Assembly: GCA_965226885.1 (NCBI GenBank)
Contig: CBDDEL010000010.1
Coordinates: forward strand, 105,168-169,167
Length of the DNA stretch: 64,000 nucleotides
Origin: Opitutales bacterium
GTDB taxonomy: Bacteria > Verrucomicrobiota > Verrucomicrobiia > Opitutales > UBA2987
Reading direction: 5' to 3'
The translations under genes were made by a program, and so were the position numbers. Under the pieces are notes generated by a model that was not told the origin of the DNA, did not search any database, and worked only from the letters and a program-made list of their open reading frames with translations. Positions 33,185 to 42,928 of this stretch are shown here, one piece after another (position 1 is the first letter of the stretch; the number at the start of each line of letters is the position of its first letter).

Positions 33185-34457
33185 TCCTCCTTTCTAGGAT
33201 AAGCGTACCGGTTTTAAAGCGCCCTCTTTACCGTACCGGTTTTTCCCCGGCGTTTACAGCAAAGGCATGAAAAGCCGGGTCACCGTGCTGCCGGACCCGC
33301 TCAAACCCCCATTGCTAGAACATATTGATCGGGCGAGGTTACTTTATCAATTGGACCAGAGTAAGAAACATCCGGGGGTTCAAGTTCCATTCGCGCTGGA
33401 TAGGAAATATCCGAATCTTGGTAAAGAATGGGGATGGTTCTGGCTTTTCCCGGCCAGAACATTATCCCGAGACCCGGTGAGCGGAATCATTCGAAGACAC
33501 CACTTTCATCCCACAACCCTCCAGAGGGCGGTAAAGAGAGCCTCACAGTTGGCTGGGATTATTAAACATATTAGCTGTCACACATTTCGGCACAGCTTTG
33601 CCACCCATCTACTTGAGGACGGCTACGATATTAGAACGGTTCAGGAACTGCTGGGACATAGCAATGTCACCACGACGATGATCTACACCCATGTTCTGAA
33701 TCGCGGCGGACTATGCGTGAAGAGTCCGCTGAGGGTTTGATTAACCGGTGATGGCTGCCTTCGATCAGATAGCCCAAAACGGAGTGCCAAAAAAGCTTGA
33801 ATAAGGAGTCGCACCATTCATTGCAAACCCCTGAGACATTCCCAACAGTCAAGACCAATGATTAACGTCAAATAGGTCGGATCGGGCTCAAGAGGCTGGC
33901 GTAGTGCTTCTCAGTGGTGACGGTGACATAGGAGTCGCCGAGGAACTGTGCTGCCGTCAGGAGTCCATCCCGCGTTGCGATAACGCTGCCGGCGTGTTTA
34001 CGCAACTCGTGCAACCGTTTAACTCGATCCGGTATGAAACGCGCAATCCAGACGCACGCCTCTCGCTGGATTGCTTTCCGCCGATCTGTTGGCGTGTACC
34101 CAGGCACGATGTAATCCCAAGCCTTCTTAGGCGGACAGAGTTCCTTCCAATCTTCCACTCTCTTCTCCGATACGGGAATCCACCGGTCCCGGCTTTTTGG
34201 AGCAAAGTCCTGCACTTCGGCCGAAGGTGTACCGGCCGACCGTGCCACTACACCGAGTTGATACCAACCTTTCTGCTTTTCAATCCAATGCCAACGTGCC
34301 GCCAGGATCTCCGCTGATCGCATCCCCAGGTAAAACGCCATCTCAAAAATAACGAAAAGCCGCGGATTCTCCGTCCGTAATTTCGTGCGCGCCTCCTGCT
34401 CCATTTGTTCTAGCACATTGATGTGCACTGGAAAAAGTGGACACGAGATTCTCCTAA

Positions 34458-34769
34458 ATGGAGAATCGAAGCATGGGAAGAAGACGCTTTAGTATAGAGT
34501 TCAAAAATGAGGCAGTTCAACTGATGATACTCGATGGTCTGAGCGCCACCGAGGTATCGACCAAACTTGGGGTCAACACCAACCAATTGTATAGGTGGAA
34601 GAGGCTCTATCTGGACGATCAGCAGGGCGAAGCCACCTCAAAGCGACAGAGCAGTCCGAAGGAGATGGCGGCCGAGATAGATCGTCTTCGCAAAGAGCTG
34701 CGCCGCTCGGAGCGGATCAACCAGATACTAAAAAAAACGGTGGGCTACTTTGCCAAGGACGAACAATGA
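34458..34769 (+). CDS. IS3 OrfA
   Basis: RRRFSIEFKNEAV HTH. Confidence 0.85.
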   Translation: MENRSMGRRRFSIEFKNEAVQLMILDGLSATEVSTKLGVNTNQLYRWKRLYLDDQQGEATSKRQSSPKEMAAEIDRLRKELRRSERINQILKKTVGYFAKDEQ

Positions 34770-35691
34770 AGTACCAGTTTGTCAAAGACAACGAGGGGCG
34801 CTTCAAGATCGAGGAAATATGCTCGGCGATGGGGATTTGTCGCAGTGGCTATTACTGCTGGAGGCACCGAGCGCCCTCGGCCCGGCGGATCGAGGACGAG
34901 GGAATCAAGGGGGCGATCCTGATCCTGAAGGTACACAAAGAGGCCAAGGGCCGCTATGGGCATCGGCCAATGCACCGCCATCTGAAGGATGATGAGGGCA
35001 TCGATTGCGGCCGTGACCGGGCTCTGCGTCTGATGCGTGAAATGGGAATCAAAAGCACCCAGAGTAAACGCTTTAAGCCATTAAAAACCAACAGTAACCA
35101 TCCCCCTATGGTTACAGCCCCAATGTGCTTAAAAAGCATGGCCAGCCGACCCATATCGACGAGGTCTGGGTGGCGGACACGACCTACCTACGGACCCTGG
35201 CCGGTTGGATGTACTTGGCCACGGTGATGGACCTGTTCAGCCGACGCCTGCTGGGCTGGAGCGTTTCCAACCACAACGACGCGAAGCTGGTTGGCAAGGC
35301 CCTCAAAGCCGCGGCCATGACCCGCGGCACACTGCGCACCGGGATTATTCATCACAGCGATCGGGGCAGCCCCTACGCCAGCGACGACTATCAGAGGCTG
35401 GTCTCTGAACTAGGCATGAAGCCGAGCATGAGCGCCCAAGGCAACTGCTACGACAACGCGGCCATGGAATCGTTCTACGGCCGCTTCAAGACCAGCACGA
35501 TTCGAGGCCGCCACTTTGCCGACGAGCGCGAACTGCGATCAACTGTCTTCGAATACGTGGAAATCTTCTACAACCGATATCGCAAACATTCCTCTCTGAG
35601 TTACCAAAGCCCAGTCCAATTCGAGGAAAATATTTGCCCCCCATGGGGGGCAACGAGAAAACAAAACCCTTTACCAAAACAAGCCGCCTGA
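34766..35691 (+). pseudogene. IS3 OrfB, frameshifted near 35105
   Basis: WVADTTY, HHSDRGSPY, CYDNAAMESF; two extra C relative to copy 2. Confidence 0.8.
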
Positions 35692-36455
35692 CACACTAAT
35701 CAATAAACAATGAATATAAGAGAATCCCGTGTCCAACAAATCCAGTACACGTCACATCCGACTCGATCGGTGCGTAGTGGGTTTTGTGCACCTTCAGCTT
35801 GGATACCCCCAAAAATCCCCTCAAATCTGGCAAATGCAACTCTCCGTAGAGATTCTCCCGCGCAGCCTTGCTAAAAACACTCTGCGCCTGCCGCAAAGTG
35901 GAGTTGAGCGAATAGTTGTGCCGTAGATCACCTTTAGGAGAAATTCCTTTTCTCTTTCTCCTCTGACGGCGAAATTCGATCACAAAATCGCGGGTGAGGA
36001 CATCTCAACGTAAATCCCGCGCCTCCTTGCGCGGGTAAACCTCGCGCGCCATGGCCAGCAAATTGCCCACATTGCGCTGCATCGAATCGGGCTGGATGGA
36101 GGTATAATCGGCAATCCCCTTCATATAAATATCGCAAATCTTCCCTAGGGATGGGTAGAGGTTGCGCCTTAACGCCGGAGCCGGACCTATCCCTTGTCCG
36201 CTCTCATGTAAGGTAAGAAAATCTGCCAAGCCTGGTCCCGGGCTTCGCGCTCATGGAATTTTCCGGTGGATCTTCGGATCTCCCTCCTGTTGGTACGAAA
36301 CCGCACATGGTAAACACCTCTTTTGCCGTGTCGAAAAACATTCAAATCTCTCTTGGATCGAATCATTAGAAGTTCAAAATTCTTTTAAGATTGCCAATCT
36401 TTGAGGCATGTATTTGAATTGAAAATGAAGCAGATGACCTAAAATCAACTGTTTA

Positions 36456-36510
36456 TTTATCCCGTTTTTTATCCCATTTCATTTGACACACTTTAGCTTT
36501 TAAGACACAC
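36456..36510. repeat. Paired short direct repeats next to the tRNA, possible integrase arm-type sites
   Basis: TTTATCCC at 36456 and 36468; GACACAC at 36485 and 36504. Confidence 0.4.
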
Positions 36511-36587
36511 CTTGAAATCGAAAATAGCAAGACAAAATTGCCTTAATCCGCATAATAAAGCGGTAAACAATTATTTATCAAGGGAAT

Positions 36588-36664
<77 letters not shown>

Positions 36665-36714
36665 TATTAATATCTTATTGTTTTTCAATATTTTACACAT
36701 TTGATTCAATCAAA

Positions 36715-36730
36715 TCTTTAATATTAAAGA
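36715..36730. repeat. 16-bp palindrome TCTTTAATATTAAAGA, copy 1 of 6
   Basis: Exact copies at 36715, 39750, 40334, 41560 and 59225; one-mismatch copy at 42601. Confidence 0.9.
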
Positions 36731-36797
36731 ATAAAAGTAAGAATAGACTCGCGAATAATCGTCAATGACGCCGAGTTAAATTATCCCTGATTATTTC

Positions 36798-37526
36798 TTG
36801 CCTATCAGCCTGTCAGAGCAAACATCTTCTCTTGTGTCCTCTCCCCCTCAAAAGAGAATTCGACTAAGTGATTATAAGGGAATTCCCGAGCAAGGGATAA
36901 GGGATTATTTTAATTACTCGGGTATAATAGACAAAAGTTTCCTAAAAAAGTCTGTTTGGTGGTGGCGAAGCATCGATGGAGTGCTCAAAAAATACAAAAT
37001 TGGAACCTGCAAAGATTTTCAGAACCCTGATGAATTTTTTTGCGGATTTCCTTTACGTTTCCTTGAGGACCTCAAAATACAACAGGAATACAATAGGATC
37101 GAACCTATAATGGATTTTATCTTTTATTTTGAGCTTTCGGGGAGGATCGACCCTCCAAAAAACTGGGGTCCCGCAATCTCTGAACTTCCTTATACCCGCA
37201 AAGGTGTTCCTCTCGTTGATGCTCGATTTTCCGAAAGAGAATTTGAATACATCTCCTGCGAAGATTTAAACATTTGCCTCAGTAGCCCCGATTCATATCT
37301 AAAAAAGCAATTTCTTGCCTTTGTTGACAGAAAACAGAAAGAGTATGGGATTGAAAAAACCAAATGGAATAAAGGGCAAGCGAACCGCACAAAATACAAC
37401 ATATCCTCTAAATTTCAAGTCCTTGAGATTTTCGATAAAATAACGATTCTCGGGCAAAATAAAGACATCGGTAACGACAAAAAAGCAAATCTTCGGAAGG
37501 CTATTCGCAAGTTTTATCAGGGCTGA
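36798..37526 (+). CDS. Hypothetical island protein (242 aa)
   Basis: Long AT-rich ORF in the position typical of satellite islands, upstream of the xis/AlpA-like gene. Confidence 0.65.
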   Translation: MPISLSEQTSSLVSSPPQKRIRLSDYKGIPEQGIRDYFNYSGIIDKSFLKKSVWWWRSIDGVLKKYKIGTCKDFQNPDEFFCGFPLRFLEDLKIQQEYNRIEPIMDFIFYFELSGRIDPPKNWGPAISELPYTRKGVPLVDARFSEREFEYISCEDLNICLSSPDSYLKKQFLAFVDRKQKEYGIEKTKWNKGQANRTKYNISSKFQVLEIFDKITILGQNKDIGNDKKANLRKAIRKFYQG

Positions 37527-37583
37527 TAAATTTTCTTACTTATACCCGTTGAACATGCCGCATGAAATGTTTTTCGTGGTGGC

Positions 37584-37841
37584 ATGAACCGAGAAAACTT
37601 AAGGTATGCGAGAGGGGTAGGGAAGCCTGAATGGATACGTTTGCCGCGTCCAGGCGGACGCTGTGAGCACACAGGTCTTTCAAGAACAACCCTTACAGAG
37701 CTGACTGTTCCTTCACCGGCGAATCAATCCTCACCGCCTGTGAAATCCAGATATCTTAGGAAAAGAAATGCTCGGCGAGGAATCCGGCTAATCAATTACG
37801 ATTCCCTAATGGAATACATTGAAAAACAAGGTGTACTATAG
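37584..37841 (+). CDS. Small DNA-binding protein, AlpA/excisionase-like
   Basis: WIRLP...TGLSRTTLTEL...RLINYDSLMEYI. Confidence 0.7.
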   Translation: MNRENLRYARGVGKPEWIRLPRPGGRCEHTGLSRTTLTELTVPSPANQSSPPVKSRYLRKRNARRGIRLINYDSLMEYIEKQGVL

Positions 37842-37849
37842 GGCTGTAA

Positions 37850-39376
37850 TTGCAGAAAGGTAAATTCATGAAAGTTAAAAGACTTTATCCTTCTAAAAGG
37901 AAAAGGGCTATAAAAAGCAGGTTTCCGAGGAAAAAGAAGGTAAAAAGGAAATCTAAATCCTGTAATTTTCCTCGGCAAAAAGTTCTCGATAAAATTGAAG
38001 CCAAGGTTAGCTCTGCTGTCTATTTTAATAAAAAAAGCGGGACTGTAAGAAAGCTCAATGATAGATACTTCGCGAGGTTATTTACTAAAGTCCACTCGAT
38101 TTTATTTGAGCCATCATTAAATGGATTTTACCGTTATAATGCAGCGAACGGGGTTTGGGGAAATACCACAGAGACGAAACTGCTCAACCAGATTGGCTCA
38201 GTGATCAAGATGTATGCGGATAATCAGGGTAAACCTGAGATAAACGAGAAAAACGACACAAATTTTCAACGTAATGTTTTAACCCAATTGAAGGGAAATA
38301 CTGAAAAAAAGGATGCCTTCAAAACCAAAAATGGAATCCTACACCTTGATAATTGCATGTTGGATATCAATGAATATCCGCCGTCTGAGAAAAAGTTTTC
38401 AAAAAAATATTATTCAACTTATCAGGTGCCTATTCGCTATGATCCTAAAGCGATATGTCCGAAATTCATCGATAAACTTCTTATACCAGTCCTGTTAGCC
38501 TATGATCTCGACCTTCTTCAGAGAGTATCAGGGGCTATTTTGTATGGGGGAAATAAGGCTCAACGAGTAGAAATCATTGAAGGTTCGGGCGGAACCGGTA
38601 AATCTCAATTTGTTGAAATTTTGGAGGTAATAATTGGAAAGGAGAAATGCCATGAACTTCGAATTCAAAATATGGATTCACGTTTTGAAATTTCACGACT
38701 ACTGGGGAAGACACTTTTGGTGGGGGAGGATGTTCCAGGTGATTTCCTTAATCGCAAATTTTCACACAAAATCAAAGCATTAACAGGGGGAGGCCACCAT
38801 TCAGTAGAATCGAAAAACTCAAATGCCACCCTCCAAATTCAAGGTAAATTCAATATCCTAATTACTTGCAACAGCGAACTTCAGGTCAAGTTAGATGGGG
38901 ATTACTCCGCATGGGAGAGAAGATTGATAATAATTCCGTTTCAATCTCATAAGCCAAAAAAGCGAATCCCAAATTTTGCGCAAATGCTTTTGCGCGAAGA
39001 AGGCCCCGGAATCCTGAACTGGATGATTGAAGGGTATAAAAAACATCGAACAGAATTGAAATCTTTTGCAGACTTCAATCTCAATATAACCCAAAAACGA
39101 AGGGTAAAGAATCTTTTGAATGAGAGTACCCCCCTACAGATATTCGGCCAAACCTGTGTAAAGAAAGCTAAAGGAGATGTGACAACCGATGAATTGGTTA
39201 ATGCCTATTTCAAATTCAAATTTTCTCAAAATCGTAAATGGGAGGAATTGACTCGACGACAAGTAGAACGGGGCCTACCCGGTATCATACTAGAGCTGTT
39301 TCATGTAATTCGACGCAAAGACATTAAAAGGGGAGGCAAGGCTCGCCGTGGCTATAAAGGGATCAAGTTGAAGTAA
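37850..39376 (+). CDS. P4-family/D5-like SF3 helicase (phage/plasmid primase C-terminal type)
   Basis: D5_N-like YRYN..GVW, Walker A GSGGTGKS, Walker B LLVGEDV, motif C LITCN, AWERRL, EGPGILNW. No obvious primase domain. Confidence 0.88.
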   Translation: MQKGKFMKVKRLYPSKRKRAIKSRFPRKKKVKRKSKSCNFPRQKVLDKIEAKVSSAVYFNKKSGTVRKLNDRYFARLFTKVHSILFEPSLNGFYRYNAANGVWGNTTETKLLNQIGSVIKMYADNQGKPEINEKNDTNFQRNVLTQLKGNTEKKDAFKTKNGILHLDNCMLDINEYPPSEKKFSKKYYSTYQVPIRYDPKAICPKFIDKLLIPVLLAYDLDLLQRVSGAILYGGNKAQRVEIIEGSGGTGKSQFVEILEVIIGKEKCHELRIQNMDSRFEISRLLGKTLLVGEDVPGDFLNRKFSHKIKALTGGGHHSVESKNSNATLQIQGKFNILITCNSELQVKLDGDYSAWERRLIIIPFQSHKPKKRIPNFAQMLLREEGPGILNWMIEGYKKHRTELKSFADFNLNITQKRRVKNLLNESTPLQIFGQTCVKKAKGDVTTDELVNAYFKFKFSQNRKWEELTRRQVERGLPGIILELFHVIRRKDIKRGGKARRGYKGIKLK

Positions 39377-40499
39377 TGTCTTATTTCTCCACCTCTTGGG
39401 CATTTCAGCCAATAAAATAGGCCATAATGTCCACTTGGTAGTTTAGACCATGATGAATACAACAATAACAAAAGAAGCGTCCGAAGCGTCCGAGATGCCA
39501 CATTTTTTAGTCCATCGACTAGGAAGGACAGTTCTGAGAGCAATATTTTTATCGATTCAGACCCTAAACATACACACGCTTGCTCCTAGTTTCCTTAATG
39601 AACCGACGGCCTGCCGGAAAACCGGTTTTGGTTCCAGTATTGTGTATAGGGTTAATAACATACATACGTTTATTCCCTGCTCTTTTGGCTACCGTCGTAG
39701 CACTTCCTTCCTATTCTCTCCTGGATATCTTTTACTACTCTACTTACTATCTTTAATATTAAAGACTTTCTTTTCCGCCCTCTTTTTTAATTTTTCTAGG
39801 AACTCTGCGTACTCTTCATCGGAACTAAAGTGCACTTAACATACCGATCTCCCCTATCTAGCTCTTTAAGAAATCCGCCTGTCTTAATTTCCATCAATAA
39901 TCATAAAAAAACTATCATCCATCTCCGCGCATTTTGGGCAAAAAAGCCCTTCCCTCATACGGGGCCTTCTTAGCTCAATATGGCCGGTTTTTCTTCTCAG
40001 ATTGATCGTCGTCCTCATTTTGTCTAAACCGCCCATTCTGGGGTCTCCGTTTAATTGTGTATAAGGTTATAATCCAAAAATTGCCTATTTTTCGACTATT
40101 TTGGTCGTTTGAAGTATTTTTTGCTTTTGTTGGCCTTATGTTAGAACGATTCTGTCGACCTCGAATTTTACTCTTAATTTTAACACAATTTTATAGCCAG
40201 GCCCTAGAGAAAAATTTCCGCGTTAAGTATGGGATGACTACAAGGACGGCACGACCTATGGTTTTAAGGCTGGCACATACTCGTCCAATAGGCAATCTAT
40301 CATATCCTAAGGTAAGTATGTTAAATTCAATAATCTTTAATATTAAAGACTCGATTCAAGGATTTTTAAAAATGGCCCAGAAATTGTTTTATGTAGAAAC
40401 AGGCACTTGGCTAGGGCTGGGCAATGAAAACGATTTCTGGGGGCATATGAAGAGCTTTAGCGCATCATTTATAAGGCAATTAAACTGCATTCATTAACT

Positions 40500-41186
40500 A
40501 TGAAGAAAAAACAATTAAATGATACCGCTGCGGCGAATAAGATACTGAGAAGGTTCAACAATAAATATTTGAAGCAGGCAAGAGAACGCCATACTAACCT
40601 CAGGCGATTAATTGACCACAGAACGGAAGACCATGTTCTGGAGCTTACCCTGACCTTTCCCAAAAGTTCTCAGCCGATAAGCCCACAAGAACTTGGCAAA
40701 AGATTTAACAGCTTTGCTACAAATCATCTTGATAGAAAAACTTATCGGGGGAAAAAAATGTTTCCAGAATGGATTCGGTTTATTGAACCACACTCAAATG
40801 ATTCAAAGAAAACGAGGTATACGAAAACTCTTCCCAGGAAATCTCTCCACGTCCATGTAATTCTTGGAGTTTCACCCAGTGTCAATCATCCTATGCGGGA
40901 ATTTGAGGATTATGACGATTTCGATGCAGCATATACGCCTCCTCAATGGTTGACTGATTGGATTGAGGAATTGAAAAAGGTTTTACCTAGATACGGATTT
41001 GGATTACAGTACTCGGTAAATCCCATAAAGAGTAATAGACGTTCGTTTGGAAAATACTTTGTAAAAACGATCCGAAAGTATGCTGGGAAAAATGGAAGAC
41101 CTAAATACCTAAAGAGAGTACATCTTGTTACCTACGGTGGTGGTTTTAAAAATAATATTACTTCTAAGTTGTGTTATCCTTTTTAG
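40500..41186 (+). CDS. Rolling-circle replication HUH endonuclease (Rep-like)
   Basis: Motif I LTLTF, motif II LHVHVIL, RYGFG, motif III YFVK. Confidence 0.7.
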   Translation: MKKKQLNDTAAANKILRRFNNKYLKQARERHTNLRRLIDHRTEDHVLELTLTFPKSSQPISPQELGKRFNSFATNHLDRKTYRGKKMFPEWIRFIEPHSNDSKKTRYTKTLPRKSLHVHVILGVSPSVNHPMREFEDYDDFDAAYTPPQWLTDWIEELKKVLPRYGFGLQYSVNPIKSNRRSFGKYFVKTIRKYAGKNGRPKYLKRVHLVTYGGGFKNNITSKLCYPF

Positions 41187-41638
41187 AACGAGATATCATT
41201 TCTAATATTTTAACATACACACCATTATCTCTCTTGGATAGTGTATTTCAAGGATTGGCTTTTAAGCGGGGTAAGACAAGGAATATAATATATATATACG
41301 CGAGGGAAATTTTTATGATTTTGGGCACATTCCCTCAGGCAGAATCATAGCAATTGGATACTTTGTGAGTGGATGACTATGGGGGTCAGCATTTATAATA
41401 CCTTATCAGTCAGCCTTATAAGATAGCTTAGGGGCCTTTTTCTAAATTTCAATCGGTAACCTTAAGAGGTTCACTGTGTAACGTGTGTATGTCCCAAAAT
41501 ACTCCATTTTTGATTGAGTTGTTTCAAAATATGGGTTTCCTGCATTTTTATCGTTAGCTTCTTTAATATTAAAGAAATTCTACAAAACAGGGGGCAGAAT
41601 GAGATTTTTTTTTGCCCATTCCGTGTGCAAGGCACCCC

Positions 41639-41857
41639 TTAGTCATGCCTCAGCCTGTCATAAACCACTTGGTGGCACCGCGTCAAATACTCTGAAACAC
41701 TTAACCGGCACATTTGAGCCGCCTGCTTCATTTCTGCTTTATCGTCCGCCGTCACTCGCATTTGCACGGTCTCCTCTTTTACCAGTGCCGCCCGAATTTT
41801 TTCCTCCGGGGTTCTGGAAAGTAGCTTTGATAGTTTTTCTTTCTTTTTTGCGCTCAT
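41639..41857 (-). CDS. Ribbon-helix-helix (MobC/DUF1778-like) protein
   Basis: ETVQMRVTADDKAEMKQAAQMCRLSVSEYL; its ATG overlaps the recombinase stop codon (ATGA). Confidence 0.7.
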   Translation of the reverse strand: MSAKKKEKLSKLLSRTPEEKIRAALVKEETVQMRVTADDKAEMKQAAQMCRLSVSEYLTRCHQVVYDRLRHD

Positions 41858-42540
41858 GCTAATATTTTCTCCTGCCGGTCCAGGATGCCTTTGATTGTTC
41901 TGGCTCTCCATTGCCCGCCCTTCTTCGTTTTAACATTTCGGCTTTCAAGGTGACGGGCAATTTTACGGAAACTTTTTCCGGCCCCCCTGAGCTTTTGAAT
42001 CAAATATATTGCTTCCTCTTCGGCAGGGTTTCTGGTAAGTGTTCTCTTGTCGGGAGAGAGGTCATAGCCGAAAGGCACCTTGCTGGATATCCTGCGATTT
42101 TGTCTGCGTAAATGCTCCATAGCCGCTGTTGTCCGTTCACTGATTTGATCCCTCTCGAATTCGGCTAAAACAGCGAGCATACGGAATATCATTTTCCCGG
42201 CGGCGCTGGTGGTATCGATTTTCTCCGAGAGGCTTACTAAATCAGCCCCAGCTTTGTCTAGGCGCTCGCTGATAAGGATAGCATCCTTGGTTGAGCGGGC
42301 TAAACGGCTTAATGAGTAAACAATCAGGGCTCCTTTGGATTGGCAGACTTGTTGAATGGCTTTTTGAAGCTTTGGTCGATTGTCAGCCCTGCCGCCGCTC
42401 ATGGTCTCAATGTATAGGCCTTCTAAGGTGCTTTCATTGGCTACACACCATGCCCTGATTTTAGCTTCCTGAGCCTCCAGACTTATTCCGTCTTTTGCCT
42501 GTCCCTTTGTGGAGACTCGTATATATCCTATTACTGTCAC
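41854..42540 (-). CDS. Serine recombinase (resolvase/invertase type with C-terminal recombinase DNA-binding domain)
   Basis: GYIRVST catalytic serine, VYSLSRLARS, AEFERDQISERT, VPFGYD. Confidence 0.93.
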   Translation of the reverse strand: MTVIGYIRVSTKGQAKDGISLEAQEAKIRAWCVANESTLEGLYIETMSGGRADNRPKLQKAIQQVCQSKGALIVYSLSRLARSTKDAILISERLDKAGADLVSLSEKIDTTSAAGKMIFRMLAVLAEFERDQISERTTAAMEHLRRQNRRISSKVPFGYDLSPDKRTLTRNPAEEEAIYLIQKLRGAGKSFRKIARHLESRNVKTKKGGQWRARTIKGILDRQEKILA

Positions 42541-42649
42541 TTCTCATAAAGTAATGCCCTTAATCAATACAGTCAATGTGATTTTTGGAAGCGAGCTATG
42601 TCTTTAATGTTAAAGACGCATATTGTTCGCGTCATTTGGGCAAAACCGC

Positions 42650-42928
42650 TATATTCTTGATTCAGCCAGCGGATTAACTTCAACAGAGGCCGAGAATGCC
42701 TTTGCCTTGTCAATAATCGAGTGTGGAAAATTATCCCCTCAGATTGTTGCACGGGAAAAGGCTGAGGAAGTCAAAAAGAACGGCCTTTTGGAAATTGTCT
42801 CTACACCTGAATCCTTAAAAAGTATCGGTGGCCTGGAACTTCTCAAAGAATGGCTCCTTCAACGGAGAGATGCTTTTGGAAAGGAGGCCAGAGAATACGG
42901 CCTGCCAGCGCCCAAAGGAATTCTTCTT
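42650..42928 (+). pseudogene. Internal fragment of a Ycf46-like AAA ATPase
   Basis: GLTSTEAENAF...EK...KKNGLLE...IGGLELLKEWL...YGLPAPKGILL, cut just before Walker A. Confidence 0.75.

Larger units (their letters stand above)
30740..33258 (-). mobile_element. IS21-family element, copy 2
   Basis: Same ends; 6-bp TSD GCAAAG at 30734-30739 and 33259-33264. Confidence 0.95.
30244..33740 (+). pseudogene. intI: Integron integrase IntI, split by IS21
   Basis: RHYSYRTEQAYVYW, STQNQAFSALIFLY, LLYGSGLRL, rejoined [15 protein letters not shown], the integron-specific insert WGWFWLFPA...[39 protein letters not shown]. Confidence 0.93.
34419..35754 (+). mobile_element. IS3-family element type 2, copy 1
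   Basis: Ends TGATGTGCACTGG / CCAGTACACGTCA; 3-bp TSD CAT. Confidence 0.92.
33868..36366 (-). pseudogene. Phage-type tyrosine integrase, inactivated by IS3, an in-frame stop and a frameshift
   Basis: ATG at 36366, MIRSKRDLNVFRHGKRGVYHVRF...RRSTG arm domain; TGA at 36005; rejoined HYAPIESDVLEQMEQ; catalytic GMRSAEI, LHELRKH, KHYA. Confidence 0.8.

Noticed and set aside
29883-33860. attC sites
   Set aside because: No convincing RYYYAAC...GTTRRRY hairpin seen by eye; a covariance-model search is needed.
39450-40497. ORFs 39450-39839 and 40057-40497 as genes
   Set aside because: No recognisable motifs, low-complexity composition and weak starts; left uncalled.
42601-42616. Palindrome variant, or the 57016 repeat, as a XerCD dif site
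   Set aside because: Only partial resemblance to TTATGTTAAAT, without the 11-6-11 architecture.
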